From an uncultured Alphaproteobacteria bacterium (GTDB lineage: Bacteria > Pseudomonadota > Alphaproteobacteria > RF32 > CAG-239), in assembly GCA_944391615.1 (NCBI GenBank), contig CALXUE010000008.1, positions 3,511 through 67,510 on the forward strand: 64,000 bases of DNA. The letters are read 5' to 3'. Below, piece by piece: positions 20,322 to 29,670 of this stretch (position 1 is its first letter; every line of letters starts with the position of its first letter). The notes under the pieces were generated by a model. The model did no database searches. It had not been told where the DNA came from and worked only from the letters and a program-made list of their open reading frames with translations. The translations under genes and the position numbers were made by a program.

Positions 20322-20696
20322 ATGAGTTTTGTTTTGAAAATTATTCGTCCGGGGACAGAATTTTCCGATATTAAAGCTGCAAAGGTGGTATTGCCGGCTA
20401 TGAACGGACCTTTAACCGTGTTGGAAGACAGAGCGCCGACTTCTTTGTTGTTGCGTAACGGGCAAATCTTGGCTTTGGACGAGAACAACAATCTTATTCG
20501 GCGTTTCTTTGTGCAAGGCGGTATGGCTGATGTTGCTTTGAACGTTTGTGCGGTTTCTACGGAAGTTGTGCATGCCTATGAAGATATGACGCTTGCTTTG
20601 GCTCAAGAGTATTTGGAAAAGTCTAATACGCCTGAGGTGAGAGATTTTTATCAGTTGATTATTGATGAGCTCAAAACCGGTCAGAAAGTCAAGTAA
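20322..20696 (+). CDS. atpC: F0F1 ATP synthase subunit epsilon
   Basis: Last gene of atpHAGDC, of epsilon-like size. I prefer the start at ATG 20322 over the track start at TTG 20292. Confidence 0.8.
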   Translation: MSFVLKIIRPGTEFSDIKAAKVVLPAMNGPLTVLEDRAPTSLLLRNGQILALDENNNLIRRFFVQGGMADVALNVCAVSTEVVHAYEDMTLALAQEYLEKSNTPEVRDFYQLIIDELKTGQKVK

Positions 20697-20723
20697 GCTT
20701 TATTCTTTTTTTATTAAATTGAA

Positions 20724-20751
20724 AGGGGCGTAAAATTTCGCTCCTTTTTTT
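20724..20751 (+). terminator. rho-independent terminator of the atp operon
   Basis: AGGGGCG...CGCTCCT stem (one G-T pair) followed by T7. Confidence 0.65.
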
Positions 20752-20774
20752 ATTCTTTTTAAGGGAATATTTCT

Positions 20775-21161
20775 TTATTGTGTCATTTCATAGCTTAAAT
20801 CTACCAGTTTGATGATATCTTCAAGCTTGACCGTGCCATCCAGTAATATACTCATCCAAGTGTTTTTGTTCATATGATAAGCCGGCAGAAAGCCTTTGTT
20901 TTGGTGTAAAGTGCTGATTAGATAAGCATCACATTTAAGGTTAATTATGTTTTGTAACTGATTGTTTTTGAGTCCCAATTTATTCCCTTCAACCTGCATG
21001 ATGATGGCAAACCATTTTTTGTTGGAGGTATGTCTGAAGATGCAGTGTGTTGGGTATTTGGACCATAGATATTCGGGCAAGGCGCCGTATTGATTTTGGA
21101 TAATATCGGTTATTTGTTTCCTTAAGTCTTGTTTTACGCTCAAAGTATTTCTCCGTTTCAT
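20775..21161 (-). CDS. MmcQ/YjbR family DNA-binding protein
   Basis: [25 protein letters not shown]...LKCD...[16 protein letters not shown], a YjbR-like pattern. 128 aa. Confidence 0.7.
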   Translation of the reverse strand: MKRRNTLSVKQDLRKQITDIIQNQYGALPEYLWSKYPTHCIFRHTSNKKWFAIIMQVEGNKLGLKNNQLQNIINLKCDAYLISTLHQNKGFLPAYHMNKNTWMSILLDGTVKLEDIIKLVDLSYEMTQ

Positions 21162-21307
21162 CTTGCTTTATTTTATCTTATTACAAATTCTTGAAGGAGA
21201 CAAGAATATGTGTTTTTTATGCAAAATTTTATTTTTTTCCTCTTGATTTATTATGTGTGAAATTCCTATATCTTGCTTGTAATGGACTAACGCTATTTTA
21301 TGAGGTT

Positions 21308-21856
21308 ATGAAAATGAAATACAAATGCTTGGTTTGTGGTCAAATTTTTGAAGTTGCTGATGGCGGAAAACCGGTTTGTCCGGTTTGTAAGGCTTATGGG
21401 GATAAAGTTGTTCCTTATAAGGAAGAGGCTATGACCTGGCCGGCTGAACATGTTGTCGGTATTGCCAAAGGGGTTGATGCCGAGGTTTTGGAAGGCTTGC
21501 GTAATCATTTTAATGGTGAGTGCAGCGAAGTTGGAATGTATTTGGCTATGGCTCGTCAGGCCTTTCGTGAAGGATATCCTGAGGTGGCGGTTGTTTTGGA
21601 ACAAATCGCTAAGGAAGAGGCTGAGCACGCATCTCGTTTTGGTGAGATGTTAGGTGAATTGGTCGGCAATTCTACTAAAGCTAATTTGGAAAAAATGCTG
21701 GCCGGTGAAAATGGTGCTTGTCATGGTAAAATGGCTATTGCTAAAAAGGCTAAAGAGCTTAATTTGGATGCTATTCATGATTCCGTGCATGAAATGGCTC
21801 GAGATGAGGCTCGTCATGGCAAAGCTTTGGAAGCCTTACTTAAAAGATACTTTTAA
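21308..21856 (+). CDS. rubrerythrin family protein with an N-terminal rubredoxin-like Cys4 domain (reverse rubrerythrin arrangement)
   Basis: CLVCGQ...CPVCKA Cys4 at the N-terminus, then ferritin-like EAEHASRF / DEARHGKAL di-iron motifs. GAGG precedes ATG 21308. The track ORF extension upstream is hydrophobic junk. Confidence 0.8.
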   Translation: MKMKYKCLVCGQIFEVADGGKPVCPVCKAYGDKVVPYKEEAMTWPAEHVVGIAKGVDAEVLEGLRNHFNGECSEVGMYLAMARQAFREGYPEVAVVLEQIAKEEAEHASRFGEMLGELVGNSTKANLEKMLAGENGACHGKMAIAKKAKELNLDAIHDSVHEMARDEARHGKALEALLKRYF

Positions 21857-21876
21857 TTTGTATCTATAAAAATTTG

Positions 21877-21916
21877 GAGGGCTGTTATGATGCAACATTA
21901 CGGCCCTCTTTTTTTG
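21877..21916 (+). terminator. rho-independent terminator
   Basis: GAGGGCTG...CGGCCCTC stem followed by T8. Confidence 0.65.
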
Positions 21917-21973
21917 TGCTTTTATTAGTTATTTGTTAGCTTCATTATGCTATGCTTCTTTTCATAGTGAGGG

Positions 21974-22666
21974 ATGATGAAAATTCTTTTTTTGAACTGT
22001 AACAAACGCACAAAGCGTTTTTTGGCTCCGCTTGAAAAATGGGTTAAGCGGCATCATGTCGATATTGTGATATTAGCGGAGGCTTGCTATTTTGATTGTG
22101 TATTTGATGCTTATCCTTATACCTTTGTTGTTGAAGATAAATCTTATAAAAACGCTTTAAAAGTGTTTGCTAAATATCCGTTTAATATAGAAGAAATTAA
22201 CTATACGGTGGACAATGACATTGTTAAGCAGAAGTTTGCCGAAAATATGCAGCGGTATCGTTTGTTGAATCTGGATTTTCATGATTTTCGTGTGACGGCG
22301 GTTTATGTGACAGCCGGATGGTATAACTATTTGGCTATGCGCGCTTTGGAAGATAATTTGCCGTTTTTTAAGCCGGATTTGATTTTGGGGGATTTTAACT
22401 CCGGTTATGTGGATGATGATTTGCACGCACCCAGCAGCCTTATTTTTATGAACGGGTTTTTGTTTTTTAATCGGTTTGAAAAAATGGGCTATGTTGACAG
22501 GCAAAAAGGTCTCGGTCTTTATTCCTACAAAAGCAAGGTGCGCGATAATGCTTTTCGGATTGATCATTGTTTTATGAAGGCTGATAAAAATTATAAAGTT
22601 TCTTATGTTTTAGAGTTTTTGGAAAAAAATATTTCCGATCATGCTGGGGTTTTGGTTGAACTTTAA
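21974..22666 (+). CDS. endonuclease/exonuclease/phosphatase (EEP) family protein
   Basis: KILFLNCN..., VDIVILAE, ILGDFN, RIDHCF, SDHAGV, the EEP motif series. 230 aa. Confidence 0.7.
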   Translation: MMKILFLNCNKRTKRFLAPLEKWVKRHHVDIVILAEACYFDCVFDAYPYTFVVEDKSYKNALKVFAKYPFNIEEINYTVDNDIVKQKFAENMQRYRLLNLDFHDFRVTAVYVTAGWYNYLAMRALEDNLPFFKPDLILGDFNSGYVDDDLHAPSSLIFMNGFLFFNRFEKMGYVDRQKGLGLYSYKSKVRDNAFRIDHCFMKADKNYKVSYVLEFLEKNISDHAGVLVEL

Positions 22667-22744
22667 GCTCTTTCTTATTAATTTTAAACACTATTTTTAT
22701 CTTTGTCGTTTATAATCGTTTCATTCAAAAATGGGGATTATAAA

Positions 22745-24130
22745 ATGCAGAGTATTAATTCTAAAAAAATTACAGAAATTGTTCATTCTCCTTCCGCTGT
22801 GGTGGATGTGGATATTCAAAACATTGTCACAGACAGCAGGCAGGCGCACAAAACTTCTATGTTTGTGGCCTTAAAAGGTGAGAAGTTTGACGGACATAAT
22901 TTTGCAAAATCCGTTATTGAACAAGGTTGTCCGTTGGTTATGGTGGAAAGATTGCTGCCGGATGTGCCGGCCATGCGGCAAATCGTAGTGCCTAATTGTT
23001 TGGAGGCTTATGGCAGAATCGGCCGTTTTGTTCGGCAAGGCTTTACCGGAAAAGTTATAGGCTTGACCGGAAGCTCGGGCAAAACGACTACGAAAGAAGA
23101 AATTAAGTTTTTGCTTTCTAAGTTTTGTGATGTTTATGCGACGCAAGGTAATCATAACAATTTTATCGGTGTGCCGGAAACGCTTTGCAATATGAGTTAT
23201 TCTGCGCAATATGCTATTTTGGAAATGGGGATGAGTGCGAAAGGCGAAATCTCAAAACTCACTTCTTATGTGCAGCCTGATATAGCCATTGTGACCAATG
23301 TTTTTCCGATGCATATTGAGTTTTTTGAAAACTTTAAGGGAATTGCAGAGGCTAAGGCCGAAATTTTTGAAGGTTTGAGAAAAGGTGGAACAGCCATTAT
23401 CAATGCGGATACTAACTTTGCCGATTTATTGGTGCGCCGTGCTGATGAAAAAGGTGCAAATGTGGTTTTGTTTGGCTCTAATAATATACCAAAAGTTACG
23501 CCTCAAGGTGAGGGATGTGTGGTACAAGCCAAATTTGGGCGCAAAAAGGTTGAGTTCTTTTTGCCTGAAAATGGTGAACATCATGTTTATAATGCTTTAT
23601 GTGCGTTGACGGTGGTTGATGTTTTGGGGCTTGATGTTGAAAAGGCTGCCACTTATCTCAAAGATTTTGGTGCTTTGGCAGGGCGCGGCAAAAAACATAC
23701 ACTCAGACTGCCCAAAGGCGGAACCTATACCTTGATTGATGATAGTTATTCCGGACAGCCTGAAGCAATGAAACTGGCTATTGAAAACCTCAAAAAAATG
23801 GATGCCAAAGGCGGGCGCAAAATTGCGGTGCTTGGAAAAATGGCAGAACTTGGGGATTCTTCTCTTTCTCAACACATCGAAATCGGGCAGTTGGTGAAGA
23901 CGGCCGGTTTCGATGTGGTTATCGGGGTTTGTCCGGAAATGAAAGATATGCTAAACCAGCTTGATTCTCGGCAAAAATCATATTATTTTGAAAATAAAGA
24001 TGGTTTGGATGAATTTTTGTTAAATAAGTTGTTGCAAAATAACGATATTGTCCTTATAAAAGGAGCAAGATATTCTTCAAAATTGTATCAGGTGGCTGAA
24101 AGCTTAATTCGTTTGGGCGAGGGAGCTTGA
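22745..24130 (+). CDS. murF: UDP-N-acetylmuramoyl-tripeptide--D-alanyl-D-alanine ligase
   Basis: GLTGSSGKTTTKE P-loop, Mur ligase middle and C-terminal domains (DDSYSGQPEAM). I place the start at ATG 22745. Confidence 0.9.
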   Translation: MQSINSKKITEIVHSPSAVVDVDIQNIVTDSRQAHKTSMFVALKGEKFDGHNFAKSVIEQGCPLVMVERLLPDVPAMRQIVVPNCLEAYGRIGRFVRQGFTGKVIGLTGSSGKTTTKEEIKFLLSKFCDVYATQGNHNNFIGVPETLCNMSYSAQYAILEMGMSAKGEISKLTSYVQPDIAIVTNVFPMHIEFFENFKGIAEAKAEIFEGLRKGGTAIINADTNFADLLVRRADEKGANVVLFGSNNIPKVTPQGEGCVVQAKFGRKKVEFFLPENGEHHVYNALCALTVVDVLGLDVEKAATYLKDFGALAGRGKKHTLRLPKGGTYTLIDDSYSGQPEAMKLAIENLKKMDAKGGRKIAVLGKMAELGDSSLSQHIEIGQLVKTAGFDVVIGVCPEMKDMLNQLDSRQKSYYFENKDGLDEFLLNKLLQNNDIVLIKGARYSSKLYQVAESLIRLGEGA

Positions 24131-24170
24131 TTGTTTATGAAGCTTTTTTAGGTCAGAGGAGTTTGATGTT

Positions 24171-24665
24171 ATGAAATGTCCTTTTTGCGGCTGTGATGAC
24201 ACTCAGGTTAAAGATTCTCGCAATGCCGATGATAATACGGCTATTCGGCGGCGGCGTGAATGTCCCGAATGCGGCTCTCGGTTTACGACCTATGAGCGGG
24301 TGCAGCTCAGAGATTTGACCGTTATTAAAAAAAATGGCGAGAAAGTTCCGTTTGACCGTGATAAGCTTGCGCGCTCTATCTATTTAGCGGTTCGTAAACG
24401 TCCGATTGATGATGAGCGGGTAGAAAAAATTGTTTCTTCCATTCAGCGCCGCTTGGAGGTCTCCGGTGAAGGCGAGATTCCTTCCGTTGTTATCGGGCAA
24501 TATGTTATGGAGGCTTTGGCAACCCTAGACCATATTGCTTATATTCGTTTTGCTTCCGTTTATAAAGATTTTCGTGAGGTGAAGGATTTTGAAGACTTTG
24601 TGGAAACAATCGACCGTATGGCTAAACCTGAACTCTTTAATGATGATAAAAAAATCAATGACTAA
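24171..24665 (+). CDS. nrdR: transcriptional repressor NrdR
   Basis: MKCPFCG...[12 protein letters not shown] zinc ribbon plus an ATP-cone. Confidence 0.95.
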   Translation: MKCPFCGCDDTQVKDSRNADDNTAIRRRRECPECGSRFTTYERVQLRDLTVIKKNGEKVPFDRDKLARSIYLAVRKRPIDDERVEKIVSSIQRRLEVSGEGEIPSVVIGQYVMEALATLDHIAYIRFASVYKDFREVKDFEDFVETIDRMAKPELFNDDKKIND

Positions 24666-24679
24666 TAAAGGAATTTATC

Positions 24680-25162
24680 ATGGCTAAGTTTATTTCTGAA
24701 AAAATTAAAATGAAAAGTGAAGCACGTTTGGCGGCCGTGCAAGCAACCTATATGATTGAATATGGTCAATTGCCGGTGGATGAAGTGATTAAAGACTTTG
24801 TTAACGGTGAAGTCGGTCGTTATGTGATTGAAGAAGATGCCCAAACGCAACGTGAAGAAATGGTTGAAGTTAACGAACTTGACAAACCTTATTTTTCTGA
24901 AATTGTTAAAAATGTTCAACAAAATAAAGAGGCTTTGGAAAAAACGATTTGTTCTTATTTGGCTGAAGGTTATTCTTTTGAGCGGATGGATGGCACAATG
25001 CGTGCGCTTTTGCTTTGCGCTACTTATGAACTTACACATAATCATGATGTGGATGCTGCCGTTTTGGTTAAGGAATATGTCGATTTGGCTTATGCCTTTT
25101 TTGCTAAAAAAGAGCCTAAAATGGTTAACGCTCTTTTGGATAAAATAGCCAAGGACAGATAA
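24680..25162 (+). CDS. nusB: transcription antitermination factor NusB
   Basis: ARLAAVQATYMIE...VNALLDKIAK; size and context follow nrdR-nusB. Confidence 0.85.
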   Translation: MAKFISEKIKMKSEARLAAVQATYMIEYGQLPVDEVIKDFVNGEVGRYVIEEDAQTQREEMVEVNELDKPYFSEIVKNVQQNKEALEKTICSYLAEGYSFERMDGTMRALLLCATYELTHNHDVDAAVLVKEYVDLAYAFFAKKEPKMVNALLDKIAKDR

Positions 25163-25163
25163 T

Positions 25164-25682
25164 ATGGCCGTTATGAAAGTTTTGGAATATCCTAATCCGA
25201 TTTTGCACCAAAAATCTGAAAAGGTTTCTGAGGTTACGGCTGAAACACGTCGTCTGCTTGATGATATGCTTGAAACAATGTATGATGATGATGGGGTTGG
25301 TTTGGCCGCGCCGCAGGTTGGTGTTTTGCAACGAATGCTTGTTATTGATTATGAACGAGATGAAAACACCAAAGGTAAACCGATGTATTTTATTAATCCC
25401 GAAATTCTTTGGGTCAGTGAAGAAAAAGTTTGTGGCAAAGAAGGGTGTTTGTCTGTTCCGGGGCAGAGTGCTGAGGTGGAGCGTTTTGCGCAAATTCGGG
25501 TGCGCTATTTGGATTATCATGGCAAAGAGCAAGAAATTTTGGCTGATGGGTTTTTAGCAATTGTTCTTCAACATGAGATGGACCATCTGGATGGTATTCT
25601 GTATATCGACCGTCTTAGTCGTCTCAAGCGGAATATGGTGGTGAAGAAGTTGGAGAAAGACCGCAGAGAAAAATCTGTATAA
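25164..25682 (+). CDS. def: peptide deformylase
   Basis: GVGLAAPQVG, EGCLSVPG and QHEMDHLDG motifs. Confidence 0.95.
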   Translation: MAVMKVLEYPNPILHQKSEKVSEVTAETRRLLDDMLETMYDDDGVGLAAPQVGVLQRMLVIDYERDENTKGKPMYFINPEILWVSEEKVCGKEGCLSVPGQSAEVERFAQIRVRYLDYHGKEQEILADGFLAIVLQHEMDHLDGILYIDRLSRLKRNMVVKKLEKDRREKSV

Positions 25683-25835
25683 CAGCACATTTAGAGGCAT
25701 TTTACGCTGTCTCGAAAAATTCACCTACTATTTTGTAGGCTAAAATTTTTCTCGCAACTAGAAATACCTCTATCTGCACTGTTCTCCAGATTTTTCTGAA
25801 AAATCTGTATAACAGCACATTTAGAGGCATTTTAC
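25668..25835 (+). repeat. 38-nt direct repeat pair (25668-25705 and 25798-25835) enclosing a degenerate inverted copy (about 25761-25797)
   Basis: GAAAAATCTGTATAACAGCACATTTAGAGGCATTTTAC occurs twice, 130 bp apart. The first copy contains the last codons and the stop of def. Confidence 0.85.
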
Positions 25836-25970
25836 TTTAAAGCTCGTATAACGGGCAACTAATACAGATTTTGCGCATAGATTGTTTGATTATTTAATAT
25901 GGTTGATAATGTAAGTGTTTGAAAAATATAATTTGAATTTTTTGTGCTGGGAAAACAAATATAGTTTTAA

Positions 25971-26006
25971 GGGAAGATATGCAAACATATCTTCCCTTAT
26001 TTTTTT
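25971..26006 (+). terminator. rho-independent terminator (plus-strand orientation)
   Basis: GGGAAGATATG-CAAA-CATATCTTCCC followed by TTATTTTTTT. Confidence 0.7.
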
Positions 26007-27699
26007 ACCAGTGACTTGCTGTACAGAAGTGTGCTCGTGCCGGTCCAATACCTGAGTGGGTTCCTCCGCAAGAGCAAGGGCTTCCCGGTGCTCCTCCTGG
26101 GCAAGAGTCTGTTGGACGAGTTAGTTCGGTTTTACAAGCCGTACATTCTCCACAAGATCCGTAAGATGAACAGGTTTGATTTCGTCCACATGAAACACCT
26201 GTAACGCCGGCACATGGATTTGATTTACAAGAAGTACAAACACTTGAACAACAGCTGGTTGAGCTAGAGAAAGAGGCGCATCCGTAATCGCAAGTTTTTG
26301 CAACCGGACAACTGACTCCTGCGCAAGGGTCAACCGATTTACAAGCAAGACACTCACCGCATGATCCGTAGGTTGAACAGGTTTCATTGCTGCCACATCT
26401 CACGCTTGTAACACTTTCACACGGGTCTGATTTACATGATGTACAAACACTTGAGCAGCAACTTGTTGCGCTGGAGTAAGATGCGCAGCCGTAAGAACAA
26501 GTTTTTGCTGTTGGGCAGCTAACCCCCGCACATGGGTCTTCAATTATATCCTTAGAACATCCGGTGCATTGTCCGCATGATCCATAAGATGAACAATGAT
26601 AGCCTGAACTGCAGCTAATGCCGCTTACACCTTCACAGGGGTCATAAGGTTTGGAATTACAAGAAGTACAAACACTTGAACAGCAACTTGTTGAGCTGGA
26701 ATAAGAGGCACACCCATAAGCACAAGATTTAGCTGTCGGGCAGCTTACGCCTTCACAAGGATCTTTTGGGGCATCATTACATTTATACCAAGTTTTGCCG
26801 TAACAGCTGTCATAACAACTGGTGGCACCATAAGTGCAGCCGGAAGACGATGATTTTGTGTAACTTGGGCATTCATCGGTACAACAAGCTTCATAAGGAT
26901 AATAACAGGTTTTATCCCCGCATTCGTTGGTGGTTGAACCGCCACATCCTCCAGGGTTGCTTTCGGTCGTTCCTGCCGGACACTCTGAATCGCAGTCATT
27001 ACAGTCAGAATACAAGAGCTTGTCACCAGATAAACAGGTTGTGGCATTTTTAGCCGGTTCTCGCTCACATTCCATATATCCGTCACATGGGTTAGGTTTA
27101 ATTTTGTATCTTGGACCATTGCAAGAACTGCAAGGCTCTCCATCCGCTACATAACCGTTCGGAATATCTTCTTCTTTGTAATCATAACCAACACAATAAT
27201 CGCATTGGCATTCTTTATATTTGCCATTGCATTCTTCTCCAATTCCGTAATAAGGCTCTTCACAGATTTTATAATCATCAGGACATGATGGTACACATCC
27301 AGCAAAATACCGATCATCATACATGCAGACTTTGGTCGGTTCTTGTCCCTCAGGGCATTGGGTCATGGTGTAGCCTTCGTTGATACAATCTTCAGGACCC
27401 TTTGGTGTATATTCGTCTGGTTTTGTGCCATCTGGTCCGCCTATATCTGTTCCAACAAAATCCAACCCTAAACAATCACCGGTATCCATAATCCAGCAAA
27501 CTTGTGCTACTTTGGTTAAAGGTTTTTGGGAAATTTGTTGTGGAGATAACTTTAACTCAGGCAATTGATGTGTGTGAAGTATGTTGAAAGGTATAACATT
27601 GTCTGCGCTATATAATTTTATAGAATTACTCGCGAGTGCATTATTTGCCATGCATAGGCAAATAACTGCAATTGAACTTTTTAATAAAAATGTTTTCAT
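26005..27699 (-). CDS. secreted, extremely cysteine-rich repeat protein (unknown family)
   Basis: Signal peptide MKTFLLKSSIAVICLCMANNALA. I place the start at ATG 27699 (GAGGA 8 nt upstream). Dense CxxC/CxxxC spacing throughout, three bipartite C-terminal repeats, and a paralog at 42962-43849. Confidence 0.75.
   Translation of the reverse strand: MKTFLLKSSIAVICLCMANNALASNSIKLYSADNVIPFNILHTHQLPELKLSPQQISQKPLTKVAQVCWIMDTGDCLGLDFVGTDIGGPDGTKPDEYTPKGPEDCINEGYTMTQCPEGQEPTKVCMYDDRYFAGCVPSCPDDYKICEEPYYGIGEECNGKYKECQCDYCVGYDYKEEDIPNGYVADGEPCSSCNGPRYKIKPNPCDGYMECEREPAKNATTCLSGDKLLYSDCNDCDSECPAGTTESNPGGCGGSTTNECGDKTCYYPYEACCTDECPSYTKSSSSGCTYGATSCYDSCYGKTWYKCNDAPKDPCEGVSCPTAKSCAYGCASYSSSTSCCSSVCTSCNSKPYDPCEGVSGISCSSGYHCSSYGSCGQCTGCSKDIIEDPCAGVSCPTAKTCSYGCASYSSATSCCSSVCTSCKSDPCESVTSVRCGSNETCSTYGSCGECLACKSVDPCAGVSCPVAKTCDYGCASFSSSTSCCSSVCTSCKSNPCAGVTGVSCGRNQTCSSYGSCGECTACKTELTRPTDSCPGGAPGSPCSCGGTHSGIGPARAHFCTASHW
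26131..26763 (-). repeat. in-frame tandem repeats, three A-B units of 69-75 codons
   Basis: A units resemble DPC[AE]GVSCP.AK.C.YGCAS[YF]SS.TSCCSSVCTSC at track residues 318, 393 and 462. B units resemble [DN]PC..V...(S/R)C......C..YGSCG.C..C at residues 358, 430 and 499. Confidence 0.85.
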
Positions 27700-27739
27700 G
27701 ATAATAATCCTCAAAAATTATTTTATCTCCACGACTCGC

Positions 27740-27768
27740 ATTATAACACATAAATTTCAAGCATTCAA
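27740..27768 (-). promoter_or_regulatory. sigma70-like promoter of the Cys-rich gene
   Basis: On the minus strand: TTGAAT (27768-27763), 17-nt spacer, TATAAT (27745-27740). Confidence 0.6.
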
Positions 27769-27923
27769 TAGGTAATTTCACAGGGTGACGGGATTTTGTG
27801 CAATCAGTTGTGGGGAAGTAGGTGTTATAAAATTTTTTTGTAAAAATAGACATAAACTCTTGACAAATTTTTTGTTGCGTTTATCCTATATATAGTTTTA
27901 TTGTTTTTACTGAGGATAAAATT

Positions 27924-29231
27924 ATGGATATGGATGAGGACAAAAAAGCTAAGAGAAGAAAAACTTCAACAACCAAAAAAGCAACTCCCTATGAGATAGC
28001 ACCGCTTTCTCCGGAAACTTTTAGAACCGGCGTTTTGGCTGTTTTGGCTACTAATGTGCCGGATTATGCTAAGCAGGCCGCTGAATTGTTGAATTGTGAT
28101 CCCGTTAAAGACCGTGCTATGATTGATGAAGTTTGCTATCATAATCAGGTTATTCAACTCGGGGCCGATGTGGTTGAAAAAGCTTTGGATGAAGAGCTTA
28201 ACGAGGCTTATACGACTCTTCAAAACGTTTGTTTCTTTTCTGATAAAGATTATGCCTACATTAAGCAAGTTCATGGTGAAGAGGCCGGAAGTGAAATGCC
28301 GGCGTATATCCATTTGCGCTTGTCCCAAGTGGAAGATTTGGCACCATCTATTGATTTCTTGGGTGCAATTTATTCCGCAGAGGTTTATGCTCAGAGTGAC
28401 CCAACCGCTTTTAGTTCTTATGATGCTGACGAGGTTAAGCACAAAATCAATACTTATGAGGATATGCTAACGCCAGAGCAAAAAGCCAAGGCAAACTATA
28501 TTGCCTCTAAAATGTTTTATTTGAGAAATGCTACAACCAAAACTTCTGCCGACGGTTCGGAAGAGGAATGTTTGGACAAAGTTTTGCAGTTTACTTCAGA
28601 TTATAAGTTGATTGCTTATGCCGACTCGCGTTTGGATAAAAAAGCTGCTAAAAATGTGCGCCGTGCTTATCAACGTGCTTTAAAAACGGCTAAAGATAAA
28701 ACTGCCAAATATCATATTAACTTGGCTTTGGGTAATATTTATTCCAAAGATACGGCTCAAGTTGGTTTTACTTATCCGCAGAGTGATAAAGTCAAAGCCG
28801 GTGAAAAGTCCGTTAAGTTCTTTTTACATGCTTATCGTTATGCGCCGAAAGAAGAGCGTTTGGCTGTTATGAAAAAAATGGCTGAGGTGCAAATGAATAT
28901 TGGGCATTTGGCAGATTGGAAAGAGACAAAAATTAATATTGCCTTGAAGTTTTTGAAAAATGAGGACAGATTTGATTCTCTTAACGCCGTTGCTGCCAAG
29001 CTTGATGATGCGGAGTTGTTTCATAAATCTGCAGAGTTGTGCAAGCAGTCTAAAATGCCTGAAAACCGCAAATTGGCAATGTTGGAAAAAACTTATACTC
29101 AAATGGCGCGCTTCTTGAAAAACCCTGAACAGAAAAAAGAAGCTTTGGCTCATTTGGGTGAAGTGAAAAAGCAAAAGCAGGTTGCTATGGCCAAAATGGT
29201 GGCACAAAAAAACAAAGGTCATGCGAAATAA
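27924..29231 (+). CDS. hypothetical protein (Lys-rich N-terminus, helical)
   Basis: A 435-aa ORF with GAGGA SD, divergent from the Cys-rich gene. No recognisable catalytic motif. Confidence 0.6.
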   Translation: MDMDEDKKAKRRKTSTTKKATPYEIAPLSPETFRTGVLAVLATNVPDYAKQAAELLNCDPVKDRAMIDEVCYHNQVIQLGADVVEKALDEELNEAYTTLQNVCFFSDKDYAYIKQVHGEEAGSEMPAYIHLRLSQVEDLAPSIDFLGAIYSAEVYAQSDPTAFSSYDADEVKHKINTYEDMLTPEQKAKANYIASKMFYLRNATTKTSADGSEEECLDKVLQFTSDYKLIAYADSRLDKKAAKNVRRAYQRALKTAKDKTAKYHINLALGNIYSKDTAQVGFTYPQSDKVKAGEKSVKFFLHAYRYAPKEERLAVMKKMAEVQMNIGHLADWKETKINIALKFLKNEDRFDSLNAVAAKLDDAELFHKSAELCKQSKMPENRKLAMLEKTYTQMARFLKNPEQKKEALAHLGEVKKQKQVAMAKMVAQKNKGHAK

Positions 29232-29307
29232 TTATTAAAGCAAAATTTTGAAAAGAAACTTGAAAAAATGTAAAAAATTTCAGGTTTCTTTTTTTTATAT
29301 TTTTTTA

Positions 29308-29336
29308 TTGACAATTCATCTGCGCTCGGTTATAAA
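29308..29336 (+). promoter_or_regulatory. sigma70-like promoter directly upstream of the truncated tRNA copy
   Basis: TTGACA (29308-29313), 17-nt spacer, TATAAA (29331-29336). The tRNA fragment starts at 29349. Confidence 0.6.
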
Positions 29337-29348
29337 AGTTTTCGTTGA

Positions 29349-29388
29349 GGCCGACATAGCTCAGTTGGTAGAGCTACTGATTTGTAAT
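29349..29388 (+). pseudogene. 5' fragment (first 40 nt) of tRNA-Thr(UGU)
   Basis: GCCGACATAGCTCAGTTGGTAGAGCTACTGATTTGTAATC is identical to 29588-29627. Identity ends within the 3' side of the anticodon stem. Confidence 0.85.
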
Positions 29389-29505
29389 CGTTGCAAGTCA
29401 TGTTTATAAAAGGTTGATTTTAAATGATTTTCTTTTATAAACAATATGATGTACTAAATTTGAGCTGTATGTTGGAGTCATTAAATGGTGCTAACAGTAA
29501 TGAGC

Positions 29506-29527
29506 GTGGTAGCTCGGTGGTAGCTCG
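29506..29527. repeat. left arm of a perfect 20-nt inverted repeat
   Basis: GTGGTAGCTCGGTGGTAGCTCG. Its reverse complement matches 29758-29777 over 20 nt. Confidence 0.85.
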
Positions 29528-29587
29528 ATTTAAGAATTATTGTATTTATTTGTATGAAGTTGATTTGAAAAATTTTAGTTTTTTTAT

Positions 29588-29663
29588 GCCGACATAGCTC
29601 AGTTGGTAGAGCTACTGATTTGTAATCAGTGGGTCCGCGGTTCGAGTCCGTGTGTCGGCACCA
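29588..29663 (+). tRNA. tRNA-Thr (anticodon UGU), CCA encoded
   Basis: Manual cloverleaf: acceptor GCCGACA/TGTCGGC, D-arm GCTC/GAGC, anticodon stem ACTGA/TCAGT with loop TTTGTAA, T-arm CGCGG-TTCGAGT-CCGTG, discriminator A, CCA. Confidence 0.9.
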
Positions 29664-29670
29664 GTTTCCA

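Noticed and set aside
21191-21307. Upstream extension of the rubrerythrin ORF (track start 21191).
   Set aside because: The extension is hydrophobic and Cys/Phe-rich and has no signal-peptide logic. GAGG-ATG at 21308 starts directly at the rubredoxin-like Cys4 domain.
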